From Heptranchias perlo (taxonomy: Eukaryota): a stretch of DNA of 64,000 nucleotides. The translations under genes were made by a program, and so were the position numbers. The DNA is taken from the NCBI RefSeq assembly GCF_035084215.1, contig NC_090367.1, forward strand, positions 4,774,001 through 4,838,000, written 5' to 3'. Position 1 is the first letter of the stretch. Each line of letters starts with the position of its first letter. The notes under the pieces are model-generated. The model did no database searches, was not told the DNA's origin, and saw only the letters and a program-made list of their open reading frames with translations. Of this stretch, positions 14,065 to 26,340 are shown in pieces.

Positions 14065-14702
14065 AATATAGAAGATTGAGGGATGATCTAATTGAGGTGA
14101 TCCTCTGGTGGGAGAGTCCAGAACAAGGGGGGCATAACCTTAAAATTAGAGCCGGGCTGTTGAGGGGTGATGTCAGGAAGCACTTCTTCACACAAAGGGG
14201 GAGTGAAAATCTGGAACTCTCTCCCCGCAAGAAGCCGTTAAGGCTGGGGGTCAATTGAAAATTTCAAAATAGATGGATAGATTTGTCAGGTGAGGATATC
14301 AAGGGATATGGAGCAAAGGCAGATAAATGGAGATGAGGTACAGGTCAGCCATGATCTAATTGAATGGCGGAACAGGCTCTAAGGGCTGAATGGCCTCTTC
14401 CTCTTTCTATGTTCTATCCATGCCGCTACATTCCCTTTAATGCCATGTGTCTTAATTTTTGCAACAAGTCTCTCATGTGGCACCTTAGCAAATGCCTTCT
14501 TGAAATCTATTACACAAAAAAAATTCATTGTATTTCCTCTATCAATACACTGCCTCAATAAATTCAGTGAGTTTAGCCATAGCTTACCCTTGATAAATTC
14601 ACACTGACTGTCCCTGATTAGTTCATGTCTTTCTAAATGTTCGCTAATGTTCTTTACTCTCGACTCTAGAAATTTCCCCATTGACTGAGGCAAAACTAAC
14701 TG
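14065..14702. mobile_element. Two CR1 fragments (+ 3' end 14065-14420; - RT fragment 14420-14702)
   Basis: GHNLKIRA...HFFTQR motif and 3'UTR on +. DFKKAFAKVPHERL on -. Confidence 0.8.
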
Positions 14703-14710
14703 GCCTGTTA

Positions 14711-15653
14711 CAGGGTTGTCCAATAGAATTTGCTGACCAGCCACAGGTGTGGCCATGGCAACACCATTTTAGCCACAAGCACTAATTTTAGTAATTATTT
14801 AAGGTAATTATCAAAAGAAGCAGAGGCAGGATGAGAATTTGTTTTTACACAGCGAGATGTTATGATCGCTGCCCGACAGAGTGGTGGAAGCAGATTCAAT
14901 AATAACTTTCAAAAGGAATTGGATAAATACTTGAGGGGAAAAAGTTCGGAGGGTTATGGGGTAAGAGCAGGGGAGTGGGACTAATTGAGTCGGCACAGGC
15001 ACGATGGGCTGAATGGCCTCCTTTGGTGCTGTATCGTTCTATGGTACTATCAAATGCCTTATACACAATACAGGTAAATGAACTTCACATATGTACATTT
15101 ATTTAACCAACAACTTTAAAAAAAAAATTCATTCCCAGCATGCGGGCGTCGCTGGCGAGGCCGGCATTTATTGCCCATCTCTCGTTGCCCCCTTGAGAAG
15201 GTGGTGGTGAGCCTCCTTCTTGGACCACTGCAGCCCTGGACATTAGTGAACCAGTTGGGATTTTAATGACAAACTAACAGCTTCATAGTCACTTTTCCAG
15301 ATGTTTTAAAATTAATTCAAATTCTAAAACTGTCATGGTGGGATTTGAACTCATATTCTCTGGATTACTAGTCCAGTGTCTAACCACTACCTCATTCAGT
15401 AACCGAGGAAGTAAAACACTGACGGCAACCAATTAACACTCGCGCACTCTGCTTTCCGACTTACTATTACAACAGACGCACAAATAGGTTAACGTTTACA
15501 AGCGTACACCGTGCGAATGAGCATTGAGATGATAGGCCCATTGACGGGGTTCATTACCAATTTAAAATTTACAAATCAGAAACGCAATTAGCCACATCTG
15601 GATTTCCAATTAGCCACATGTGGCAAGTATTGTTAATACACTGGGCAATGCTG
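14711..15653. mobile_element. Non-autonomous hAT-like DNA transposon with nested CR1 and SINE fragments
   Basis: Ends CAGGGTTGTCCAAT...ACTGGGCAATGCTG form imperfect TIRs. Flanking 8-bp duplication GCCTGTTA (14703-14710) / GCCTATTA (15654-15661). Subterminal TAGCCACA repeats at both ends. Confidence 0.7.
15120..15392 (-). mobile_element. tRNA-derived SINE with LINE-type tail (related copies 51030-51605 and 42290-42490)
   Basis: On -, GTAGTGGTTAGACACTGGACTAG...GAGTTCAAATCCCACC (A/B-box-like) and tail ...GGGCAATAAATGCCGGCC...GAATGAAT. Confidence 0.7.
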
Positions 15654-15705
15654 GCCTATTAAATAATTTCCTTTTGAATATCTGATTCCCCAAAACAGCT
15701 CATCT

Positions 15706-16267
15706 GTTCTCATCCTTGTGTTCAAATCCCCCCATGGCCTCGTCCCCCCACACCCTCCCTATCTCTGTAACCTCCTCCAGCCCCGACAACCCTCCCGGGT
15801 CTCTGAGCTCCTCCAATTCTGGCTTCTTGCGCATCCCCGATTTTAATCGCTCCACCATTGGCGGCCGTGCCTTCAGCTGCCTGGGCCCTAAGCTCTGGAA
15901 TTCCCTCCCTAAACCTCTCCGCCTCTCTCTCCTCCTTTAAGACGCTCCTTAAAACCTCCCTCTTTGACCGAGCTTTTGGTCACCTGTCCTAATATCTCCT
16001 TATGTGGCTCGGTGTCAAATTTTGTTTGATAATCTCCCCTTGGGATGTTTTGGGAGGTCAAGTCACTGAATATATTTAAGAAGGAGCTAGATAGATTTCT
16101 AGACTCAAAAGGCATCGAGGAATATGGTATTGAGATAGAGGATCAGCCATGATCATATTGAATGGCGGAGCAGGCTCGAAGGGCCGAATGGCCTTTTCCT
16201 GCTCCTATTTTCTATGTTTCTATGTTTTCTGTGTTAAAGGTGTTATATAAATGCAAGTTGTTGTTGT
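15706..16267 (+). mobile_element. L2-type LINE 3' fragment with nested CR1 tail
   Basis: GGRAFSCLGPKLWNSLP motif and tail TATATAAATGCAAGTTGTTGTTG. Related copies at 23130-23280, 58410-58690 and 60020-60510. Confidence 0.75.
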
Positions 16268-16383
16268 TCCACTTTTGTGAAAGTGGAGGCAAAAATTTAT
16301 ATTTATATATATATTAAAATTCTTATGTCTGTGTGTACTTTCTGCCACCTTTTCCCATTATAAATTCCTATGTCCACTTTAAC

Positions 16384-16479
16384 AATGGAAATTACCTATG
16401 TAATTTGTCACTCTGCAGCGCCACCACTGGTGGGAGGCTGTACTTACAGCGTGACAAGTTTACATAGGGAGTTTCCATT
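16384..16479. promoter_or_regulatory. Palindromic element with a CTCF-like core (copy 1 of a 4-copy family)
   Basis: Inverted arms 16384-16411 and 16451-16479 enclose GCAGCGCCACCACTGGTGG. The right arm is homologous to copies at 37.0, 41.7 and 49.0 kb. Confidence 0.55.
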
Positions 16480-16709
16480 ATAAGTGTGAATACAAGAACT
16501 TATAATGGCAATGTCAAAGTAAGGACAATATATATGACTTTGAAATGGGAGCTGAATATATCTGTGCACCCTGATGCAGCTGAAGATCGTAGTCTTGACT
16601 CCCAGTGTGCTTATTACTGGCACTTATTCAATATCACAACAAAAGAGAGAGATTCTCCAGTTATGAAATTAGTAGAAAACGAACCTAGCTGCAGAAAGCT
16701 AAAACATAA

Positions 16710-16820
16710 GTGAGGGGTGAAGGGTACGGGGTGAGGGGTGCGGGGTGAGGGGTGAGGGGTGCGAGGTGCGGGATGAGGGGTACGGGGTGCAGGGTGCGGG
16801 GTGAGGAGTGAGGAGTGCAT
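16710..16820 (+). repeat. 7-bp G-rich repeat (GGGGTGA/GGGGTGC), G-quadruplex-capable
   Basis: About 15 tandem heptamers read directly. Confidence 0.9.
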
Positions 16821-16846
16821 GGTTTTTGACAGGGTGGCAGTGGCTC

Positions 16847-19800
16847 CAATAACTCACTGCCCCCAATGTGTCACTGCCCTCCCTTAACACACTGCCCCCC
16901 AATAACTCACTGCTCCCCAATAACTCACTGTCCCCCAATAACTCACTGCCCCCCCAATAACTCACTGCCCCCCCAATAACTCACTGCCCCCAATAACTCA
17001 CTGTCCCCCAATAACTCACTGCCCCCCAATAACTCACTGCTCCCCAATAACTCACTGTCCCCCAATAACTCACTGCCCCCCCCAATAACTCACTGCCCCC
17101 CCAATAACTCACTGCCCCCAATAACTCACTGTCCCCCAATAACTCACTGCTCCCCAATAACTCACTGTCCCCCAATAACTCACTGCCCCCCCAATAACTC
17201 ACTGTCCCCCAATAACTCACTGCCCCCCAATAACTCACTGCTCCCCAATAACTCACTGTCCCCCAATAACTCACTGCCCCCCCAATAACTCACTGCCCCC
17301 CCAATAACTCACTGCCCCCAATAACTCACTGTCCCCCAATAACTCACTGCTCCCCAATAACTCACTGTCCCCCAATAACTCACTGCCCCCCCAATAACTC
17401 ACTGCCCCCCCAATAACTCACTGCCCCCAATAACTCACTGTCCCCCAATAACTCACTGCCCCCCAATAACTCACTGCTCCCCAATAACTCACTGTCCCCC
17501 AATAACTCACTGTCCCCCAATAACTCACTGCCCCCCCAATAACTCACTGCCCCCCAATAACTCACTGCCCTCCAATAACTCACTGCCCCCCAATAACTCA
17601 CTGTCCCCCAATAACTCACTGCCCCCCAATAACTCACTGTCACCCAATAACTCACTGTCCCCCAATAACTCACTGCCCCCCAATAACTCACTGTCCCCCG
17701 ATAACTCACTGCCCCCAATAACTCACTGCCCCCAATAACTCACTGCCCCCCAATAACTCACTGCCCCCAATAACTCACTGTCCCCCAATAACTCACTGTC
17801 CCCCAATAACTCACTGCCCCCAATGTGTCACTGCCCCCCAATAACTCACTGCCCCCCAATAACTCACTGCCCCAATAACTCACTGCCCCCAATAACTCAC
17901 TGTCCCCCAATAACTCACTGCCCCCGATAACTCACTGCCCCCAATAACTCACTGCCCCCCAATAACTCACTGTCCCCCAATAACTCACTGCCCCCAATGT
18001 GTCACTGCCCCCCAATAACTCACTGTCCCCCAATAACTCACTGCCCCCCAATAACTCACTGTCCCCCAATAACTCACTGCCCCCAATGTGTCACTGCCCT
18101 CCCATAACACACTGCCCCCAATAACTCAGTGCCCCCAATAACTCACTGCCCCCAATAACTCACTGCCCCCAATAACTCACTGTCCCCAATAACTCACTGT
18201 CCCCCAATAACTCACTGCCCCCAATAAGAATATCCCAACACTGGACAAACAGGGGGCTCTAGGGGGGGAGGAGCTAAATACGATTAAAATCACTAAGGAA
18301 TTGGTATTCAGTAAATTAATGGGACTCAAGGCGGATAAATCCCCTGGACCTGATGGCTTACATCCTAGGGTCTTGAGGGAAGTGGCAGTAGGGATTGTGG
18401 ATGCTTTGGTAATAATTTTCCAAAATTCTCTGGACTCGGCAAAGGTCCCGGCAGATTGGAAAACTGCCAATGTAACACCCTTATTTAAAAAGGGTAGTAG
18501 GCAGAAGGCTGGAAATTATAGACCAGTTAGCCTAACATCTGTGGTGGGTAAAATTTTGGAGTCTATTATTAAGGAGACAGTAGCAGAACATTTGGATAAA
18601 CATAATTTAATAGGACAAAGTCAGCATGGCTTTACAAAGGGGAAGTCATGTCTGACAAATTTGCTTGAGTTCTTTGAGGATATAACGTACAGGGTGGTTA
18701 AAGGGGAACCAGTGGACGTAGTGTATTTGGACTTCCAGAAGGCATTCGACAAGGTGCCACATAAAAGATTATTGCTCAAGATAAAGAATCACTGGATTGG
18801 GGGTAATATTCTGGCATGGGTGGAGGATTGGTTATCTAACAGGAAGCAGAGAGTTGGGATAAATGGTACATTCTCGGACTGGCAATCAGTAGCCAGTGGT
18901 GTTCCGCAGGGGTCGGTGCTGGGTCCCCAACTCTTTACAATCTATATTAATGATTTGGAGGAGGGGACCGAGTGTAACATATCAAAGTTTGCAGATGATA
19001 CAAAGATGGGAGGGAAAGTAGAGAGTGAGGAGGACATAAAAAACCTACAAGGGGATATAGAGGGGCTGGGTGAGTGGGCGGAGATTTGGCAGATGCAATA
19101 CAATATTGGAAAATGTGAGGTTATGCACTTTGGCAGGAAAAATCAGAGAGCAAGTTATTATCTTAATGGCGAGAAACTGGAAAGTACTGCAGTACAAAGG
19201 GATCTGGGGGTCCTAGTGCAAGAAAATCAAAAAGTTAGCATGCAGGTGCAGCAGGTGATCAAGAAGGCCAACGGAATGTTGGCTTTTATTGCTAGGGGGA
19301 TAGAATATAAAAACAGGGAGATATTGCTGCAGTTATATAAGGTATTGGTGAGACCGCACCTGGAATACTGCATACAGTTTTGGTGTCCATACTTAAGAAA
19401 AGACATACTTGCTCTCGAGGCAGTACAAAGAAGGTTCACTCGGTTAATCCCGGGGATGAGGGGGTGGACATATGAGGAGAGGTTGAGTAGATTGGGACTC
19501 TACTCATTGGAGTTCAGAAGAATGAGAGGCGATCTTATTGAAACATATAAGATTGTGAAGGGGCTTGATCGGGTGGATGCGGTAAGGATGTTCCCAAGGA
19601 TGGGTGAAACTAGAACTAGGGGGCATAATCTTCGAATAAGGGGCTGCTCTTTCAAAACTGAGATGAGGAGAAACTTCTTCACTCAGAGGGTGGTAGGTCT
19701 GTGGAATTTGCTGCCCCAGGAAGCTGTGAAAGCTACATCATTAAATAAATTTAAAACAGAAATAGACAGTTTCCTAGACGTAAAGGGAATTAGGGGTTAC

Positions 19801-20940
19801 GGGGAGCGGGCAGGAAATTGGACATGAATTTAGATTTGAGGTTAGGATCAGATCAGCCATGATCTTATTGAATGGCGGAGCAGGCTCGAGGGGCCGATTG
19901 GCCTACTCCTGCTCCTATTTCTTATGTTCTTATGTTCTTATAACTCACTGCCCCCAATGTGTCACTGCCCCCCAATAACTCACTGCCCCCAATGTGTCAC
20001 TGCCCCCAATGTGTCACTGCCCCCAATGTGTCACTGCCCCCCAATAACTCACTGCCCCCAATAACTCACTGCCCCCCAATAACTCACTGCCCCCAATGTG
20101 TCACTGCCCCCAATGTGTCACTGCCCCCCAATAACTCACTGCCCCCAATAACTCACTGCCCCCCAATAACTCACTGCCCCCAATGTGTCACTGCCCCCCA
20201 ATAAATCACTGCCCCCAATGTGTCACTGCCCCCAATAACTCACTGCCCCCCAATAACTCACTGCCCCCAATAACTCACTGCCCCCCAATAACTCACTGCC
20301 CCCAATAACTCACTGCCCCCCAATAACTCACCCCCCCAATAGCTCACTGACCCCCAATAACTCACTGCTCCCAATAACTCACTGCCCCCAATGTGTCACT
20401 GCCCCCAATGTGTCACTGCCCCCCAATAACTCACTGCCCCCAATAACTCACTGCCCCCCAATAACTCACTGCCCCCAATGTGTCACTGCCCCCAATGTGT
20501 CACTGCCCCCCAATAACTCACTGCCCCCAATAACTCACTGCCCCCCAATAACTCACTGCCCCCAATGTGTCACTGCCCCCCAATAAATCACTGCCCCCAA
20601 TGTGTCACTGCCCCCAATAACTCACTGCCCCCCAATAACTCACTGCCCCCAATAACTCACTGCCCCCCAATAACTCACTGCCCCCAATAACTCACTGCCC
20701 CCCAATAACTCACCCCCCCAATAGCTCACTGACCCCCAATAACTCACTGCTCCCAATAACTCACTGCCCCCAATGTGTCACTGCCTCCCAATAACTCACT
20801 GCCCCCAATAACTCACTGCCCCCCAATAACTCACTGCCCTCCAATAACTCAGTGCCCCAATAACTCTGCCCCCTAATAACTTACTGCCCCCCAATAACTC
20901 ACTGCCCCCCAATAACTCTGCCCCTCAATAACTCAGTGCC
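16847..20940. repeat. 18-20-bp minisatellite (CCCCCAATAACTCACTGC), interrupted by a CR1
   Basis: Direct tandem repeat. It produces the spurious 'GAVSYW' ORFs. Confidence 0.97.
18228..19941 (+). mobile_element. Young 5'-truncated CR1 LINE with an uninterrupted RT reading frame
   Basis: 508-aa open frame 18301-19827 with all RT motifs (GVPQGSVLGP, KFADDTK) up to its stop. 3'UTR and (TTCTTATG)n tail are intact. ATAA is present at both junctions. Confidence 0.97.
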
Positions 20941-22160
20941 CTCAATAACCCCGGGCCCTCAATAACCACGGGCCCTCAATAACCCAGGGCCCCCAATAAC
21001 TCCATGCCCCCCAATAACTCCGTGCCCCCAATAACTCCGTGCCCCCCAATAACTCCGTACCCCCAATAACACACTGTCCCCAATAACTCACTGCCCCCAA
21101 TAACTCAGTGCCCCCAATAACTCACTGCCCCCCATAACTCAGTGCCCCAATAACCCGGGGCCCCCAATGACCCAGGGCCCCCAATAACCCCGGGCCCCCA
21201 ATGACTCCATGCCCCCAATAACCCCGGGCCCCCAATGACTCCATGCCCCCAATAACCCAGGGCCTCCAATGACCCAGGGCCCCCAATAACCCCGGGCCCC
21301 CAATGACTCCATGCCCCCAATAACCCTGGGCCCCCAATAACTCCGTGCCCCCAATAACCCCGGACCCCAAATGACTCTGTGCCCCCAATAACCCCGGGCC
21401 CCCAAAGACTCCATGCCCCCAATAACCCCGGGCCCCCAATAACCCCGGGCCCCCAATGACTCCGTGCCCCCAATAACCCCGGGCCCCCAATGACTCCATG
21501 CCCCCAATAACCCCGGGCCCCCAATAACCCCGGGCCCCCAATGACTCCGTGCCCCCAATAACTCTGTGCCCCCAATGACCCCGGGCCCCCAATAACCCCG
21601 GGCCCCCAATAACTCCGTGCCCCCAATAACCCCGGGCCCCCAATAACTCCGTGCCCCCAATAACCCCGGGCCCCCAATGACTCCGTGCCCCCAATAACCC
21701 TGGGCCCCCAATGACTCTGTGCTCCCCCAATGACCCAGGGCCCCCAATAACCCCGGGCCCCCAATGACTCTGTGCTCCCCCAATGACCCCGGGCCCCCGA
21801 TAACTCTGTGCCCCCAATAACCCCGGGCCCCCAGTGACTCTGTGCCCCCAATAACCCCGGCGCCCAGTGACTCTGTGCTCTCCCAATGACCCCGGGCCCC
21901 CGATAACTCTGTGCCCCCCCTATAACCCCGGGCCCCCAATAACCCCGGGCCCCCAATAACCCCGGGCCCCCGATAACTCTGTGCCCCCAATAACCCCGGG
22001 CCCCCAATGACTCCGTGCCCCCAATAACCCCGGGCCCCCAATGACTCCGTGCCCCCAATAACCCCGGCCGCCCAATGACTCTGTGCTCCCCCTATAACCC
22101 TGGGCCCCCTATAACCCAGGGCCCCCTATAACCCCAGGCCCCCTCTCACCCCGGGCCCCC
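20940..22160. repeat. 18/36-bp minisatellite (CCCCAATAACCCCGGGC alternating with CCCCAATGACTCCGTGC)
   Basis: Direct tandem repeat sharing the CCCCAATRAC core with the upstream array. It is stop-free in three - frames. Confidence 0.95.
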
Positions 22161-22309
22161 AGCACGGTGTCACTGGATACCAATCAGGATCTGGAACCCT
22201 GCCTTCTTTCTCCCCCTTAGCCCAGAGGCTGTAAGACCGTTTGCAGCGTCCCTACGAATAAAGTCAGTTGACCCAGAATTGGCTGGTGTTGAATGTTGGG
22301 TCTCCATAT

Positions 22310-22810
22310 TAAAAAAAGGTTGTAGAGGCACTGGAGAGGGTACAGAAAAGATTCACGAGGATGATACCAGAACTGAGAACCTATCGGGAAAGGCTGAACA
22401 GACTGGGGCTCTTTTCTGTAGAAAAGAGAAGGCTGAGGGGTGACCTGATCGAGGTCTTTCCAATAATGAAGGGGTTTCGATAGGGTAGACGTAGAGAAGA
22501 TGTTTCCACTTGTGGGGGAGACCAGAACTAGAGGTCATAAATATAAAATAGTCACTAATAAATCCAATAGGGAATTCAGGAGAAACTTCTTCACCCAGAG
22601 AGTGGTGAGAATGTGGAACTCGCTCCCACAAGGAGTAGTTGAGGTGAATAACAGATACATTTAAGGGGAAGCTCGATAAACACATGAGGGAGAAAGGAAT
22701 AGAAGGATATGCTGATAGGGTTAGATGAAGCAGGGAGGGAGGAGGCTCGTGTGGAGCATAAATGCTGGCACAGACCAGTTGGGCCGAATGGCCTGTTTCT
22801 GTGCTGTAGT
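22310..22810 (+). mobile_element. CR1 3' fragment (same subfamily at 31010-31120, 34360-34705, 49650-49815)
   Basis: RNFFTQRVVRMWNS motif and tail GGGCCGAATGGCCTGTTTCTGTGCTGTA. Confidence 0.85.
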
Positions 22811-23369
22811 CAAGGTAACTCGATGTAACTGGGGACCCCCTGCTCTCCGTGGTTCAGTGCTGCTGGGCATTCAGTTACCACCAGGAGGAGCTCCTGTACC
22901 GACTCTTACCCCGGGCGGCCTGGGCCACCCTCCTCGGACATGTTATGTGAATCTAAATGTCCGCACTGAATGGAGCCTCTGCCCCCCCCGACCGCTCAGT
23001 GCATGAGTGAACCCTGCCGTGTGCGGTACTGAGCCATTCAGGACAGGACCGTCCCCGGTTCTTGTGTTTAAATCCCTCCCTGGACTCGCCCCCTCCCTCG
23101 TTCTGTCGTCACTTCCTCTCCTGTAACTTCCGATCTTCCGTGTATCGCTCCCTCCGTTCGCCCGGCTACGGGCAGCCGTGTCGCCCCCCCAACGCTCCCT
23201 GAACCTCGCCACCTCCCTCTCCTCCTTTAAGACCCTCCTTAAAACCCACCTCTTTGACCGAGCTTTTCGTCACCTGTCCCAATGCCTCCTTCTTTGCCTC
23301 CATTTTCTTTTTGATTGGGGCTTGGAATTTTTTTTCATGTTAAAGGAGCTTAATTAAACATGTCGTTGA

Positions 23370-23830
23370 AAGACTTGCATTTATACAGCACATTTCACGG
23401 CCTCAGGATGTCCCAAAGCACTTTACAGCCAATGAAGTACTTTTGAAGTGTCGCAATGTAGGAAACGCGGCAGCCGATTTGCGCACAGCAAGATCCCACA
23501 ATCAGCAATGAGATGATGACCAGATCATCTGTTTTAGTGATGTTGGTTGAGGGATAAATTTTGGCCCCGGGACACCGGGAAGAACTCCCCCCTGCTCTTC
23601 TTCAGAACAGTGGCCATGGGATCTTTAGAGAGGGCGGACAGGGCCTCGGCTTAACGTCTCATCCGCATGGCGGCCCCTCTGACTGTGCGGCACTCCCTCA
23701 GTACCGGCACCGGGAGTGTCGGCCTGGATTACGGGGCTCAAGTCTCCGGAGTGGGGGCTCGAACCCACGACCTTCTGACTCAGGAGTGTGAGAGAGAGAG
23801 AGGCCCACTGAGGCACGGCCAACACTCCTT
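23370..23830 (-). mobile_element. Deu-domain, tRNA-derived SINE (SacSINE1/AmnSINE1-like)
   Basis: Conserved body TTTGTGGGATCTTGCTGTGCGCAAATTGGCTGCCGCGTTTCCTACA and L2-like tail. Further copies at 28014-28350, 28830-29090, 37545-37930, 52240-52545, 56190-56360, 57295-57530, 57850-58125 and 59138-59545. Confidence 0.75.
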
Positions 23831-24129
23831 CCCCCCCCCCCGCAGTTAGCTGGTCTCAGTCAGGGTGGCACTGCAATCGGCTTCAGCTCCCCTCTTTTGG
23901 CCGGGGAAACATCTGCCAGGGTCCTAGTGACCCTCCCCCGGTGGGGAGCGGGGATGTCGGGGGGGGGGGGGGGGGGGTGGGGGGGAAGACAGGATCGGGG
24001 GCCACAGGGTCGTAAACAGACGTGCCTTCAGTCTCTTGGGCCTTTGTTTCCATGGGAACCTCAGGGAGCTCCCAGCTGTCTGACTTCTGTTTTTGTGGGA
24101 GTTAGGGTCACAGATGGGGCCAAGAGGGA

Positions 24130-24313
24130 GGCACGGAGAGATGTAGAGAGAGATCGATGCAGGGAGAGGGAGAGAGACGGAGAGATAGAGAGAGAAAGAC
24201 ACAGAGGGAGAGGTGGAGATGTAGGGAGAACTGCGGAGAGGGAGTTCTGTCGGGTGTGTCACCACCTGGAATTTAGGGTGGAAGATCAGCCTGGAAGGGA
24301 TAGAGAGATATAG

Positions 24314-24348
<35 letters not shown>

Positions 24349-24427
24349 CAGAGACAGAGAGAGTGAGAGAGAGAGAGAGACAGAGGGAAAGAGAGACACG
24401 GAGATAGAAAGGGAGACGCAGAGAGAG
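24130..24427. repeat. GA-rich microsatellite leading into a gap
   Basis: (GA)n/(GAAA)n read directly. Confidence 0.9.
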
Positions 24428-24749
24428 NNNNNNNNNNNNNNNNNNNNNNNNNNNNNNNNNNNNNNNNNNNNNNNNNNNNNNNNNNNNNNNNNNNNNNNNN
24501 NNNNNNNNNNNNNNNNNNNNNNNNNNNNNNNNNNNNNNNNNNNNNNNNNNNNNNNNNNNNNNNNNNNNNNNNNNNNNNNNNNNNNNNNNNNNNNNNNNNN
24601 NNNNNNNNNNNNNNNNNNNNNNNNNNNNNNNNNNNNNNNNNNNNNNNNNNNNNNNNNNNNNNNNNNNNNNNNNNNNNNNNNNNNNNNNNNNNNNNNNNNN
24701 NNNNNNNNNNNNNNNNNNNNNNNNNNNNNNNNNNNNNNNNNNNNNNNNN
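24428..24749. other. Assembly gap (N run)
   Basis: 322 N. Confidence 1.
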
Positions 24750-24872
24750 ATGGGTCGAATGGCCTCTTTCTGGGCTGTATGATTCTGTGATTCAGAGAGA
24801 TGTAAAGAGAGAGAGAGAGCGAGAGAGTTAAAGATTAAGACTGGAGTAATCTACACAGAACACAGTCTCATT

Positions 24873-24878
24873 TTTATT
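24873..24878 (-). terminator. Candidate polyadenylation signal of the TMEM179-like gene
   Basis: AATAAA on - in a unique AU-rich 3'UTR-like segment (TGTATTTATT upstream, GT-rich downstream). It would imply a ~2.9-kb 3'UTR. Confidence 0.45.
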
Positions 24879-25407
24879 GTTGTTTAATAAATACAAATGG
24901 ATCGCAGACAGAAATTTGCACAAATAATAACACTGTTTATACCAGTAAAAACTTAAAGCAGTTCGATAAAAAAGAATCCAGTTAATGAAACACAAGGGCC
25001 AGATTTGACTTTGTGCGACAGTGTAAAGTGGGTTATGGGGAGTCCACAGGCCCCCTGTTATATCTCTCCTCATTTCTATTCCCATTGACTCCGACTCGCT
25101 GTCACTGGCTACACACTATTGTACAAAGTCAGGGTTTACCCCCATACAGTTTATTATTTCACAGCTTTGATACATTCAGAGACAGGACCCCTGCCCCAGG
25201 ACTCCGGACCCCCTCAGGTGGGGAGTCCCCGGCTTTATTCCATGATATTATTTTTCCGATTTTGTCCCCCCCACCCCCACCTTCACCCACCTGGTGACAG
25301 CACGGTTCCAGAGTCGCTGGCTGCATTCTGGTGCCATTGCCCAAATGACCATTCTTCACGGGCAGCCCAAAGTTAATGGGGCTATTCGACTATGTCAGGC
25401 GTCATGT

Positions 25408-26340
25408 ATCGAGTGTAATGTATCCAAGTTTGCTGACGATACGAAGCTAGGTGGGAAAGTAAGCTGTGAGGAGGACACAAAGAGGCTGCAAAGGGATATA
25501 GACAGGTTAATTGAGTGGGCGAGAAGGTGGCAGATGGAGTATAATGTGGGGAAATGTGAGGTTATTCACTTTGGTAGGCAGAATAGAAAAGCAGAATATT
25601 TTTTAAAAGGTGAGAGACGAAATGTTGGTTGTCAGAGGGATTTGGGTGTCCTTGTACATGAGTCACAGAAAGTTAACATGCAGGTACAGCAAGCAATTAG
25701 GAAGGCAAATGGTATGTTAGCCTTTATTGCAAGGGGGTTGGAGTACAAGAGTAAGGAGGTCTTGCTGCAATTAGAGAGACCACACCTGGAGTACTGTGTA
25801 CAGTTTTGGTCTCCTTATCTAAGGAAGGATATACTTGCCTTAGAGGCGGTGCAATAAAGATTGATTCCTGGGATGAGAGGGTTGTCCTATGGGGAGAGGT
25901 TGAGTAGAATGGGCCTATACTCTCTGGAGTTTAGAAGAATGAGAGGGGATCTCATTGAAACGTATAAGATTCTTAGAGAACTTGACAGGGTAGATGCTGA
26001 GAGGCTGTTTCCCACTGGCTGGAGAGTCTAGAACTAGGGGACATAGTCTCAGGATAAGGGGTCGGCCATTTAAGACTGAGATGAGGAGAAATTTCTTCAC
26101 TCAGAGGGTTGTGAATCTTTGGAATTCTCTACCCCAGAGGGCTGTGGAGGCTCAGTCGTTGAGTATATTCAAGGCTGAGATCGATATTTTTGGACTCTAG
26201 GGGAATCAAGGGATATGGGGATCGGGCGGGAAAGTGGAGTTGAGGCCGAAGATCAGCCATGATCTGATTGAATGGCGGAGCAGGCTCGAGGGGCCGAATG
26301 GCCTCCTCCTGCTCCTATTTCTTACGTTTCTTTCTTATGT
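25408..26340 (+). mobile_element. 5'-truncated CR1 LINE
   Basis: KFADDTKLGG...[11 protein letters not shown] with stops, followed by the CR1 3'UTR. Confidence 0.92.

Noticed and set aside
16981-22058. Gly-rich repeat ORFs (GAVSYW, GARGYWG) resembling keratin-associated or eggcase proteins
   Set aside because: Translations of minisatellites, open in several frames at once, with frequent frame-shifting unit lengths and no splice or promoter support.
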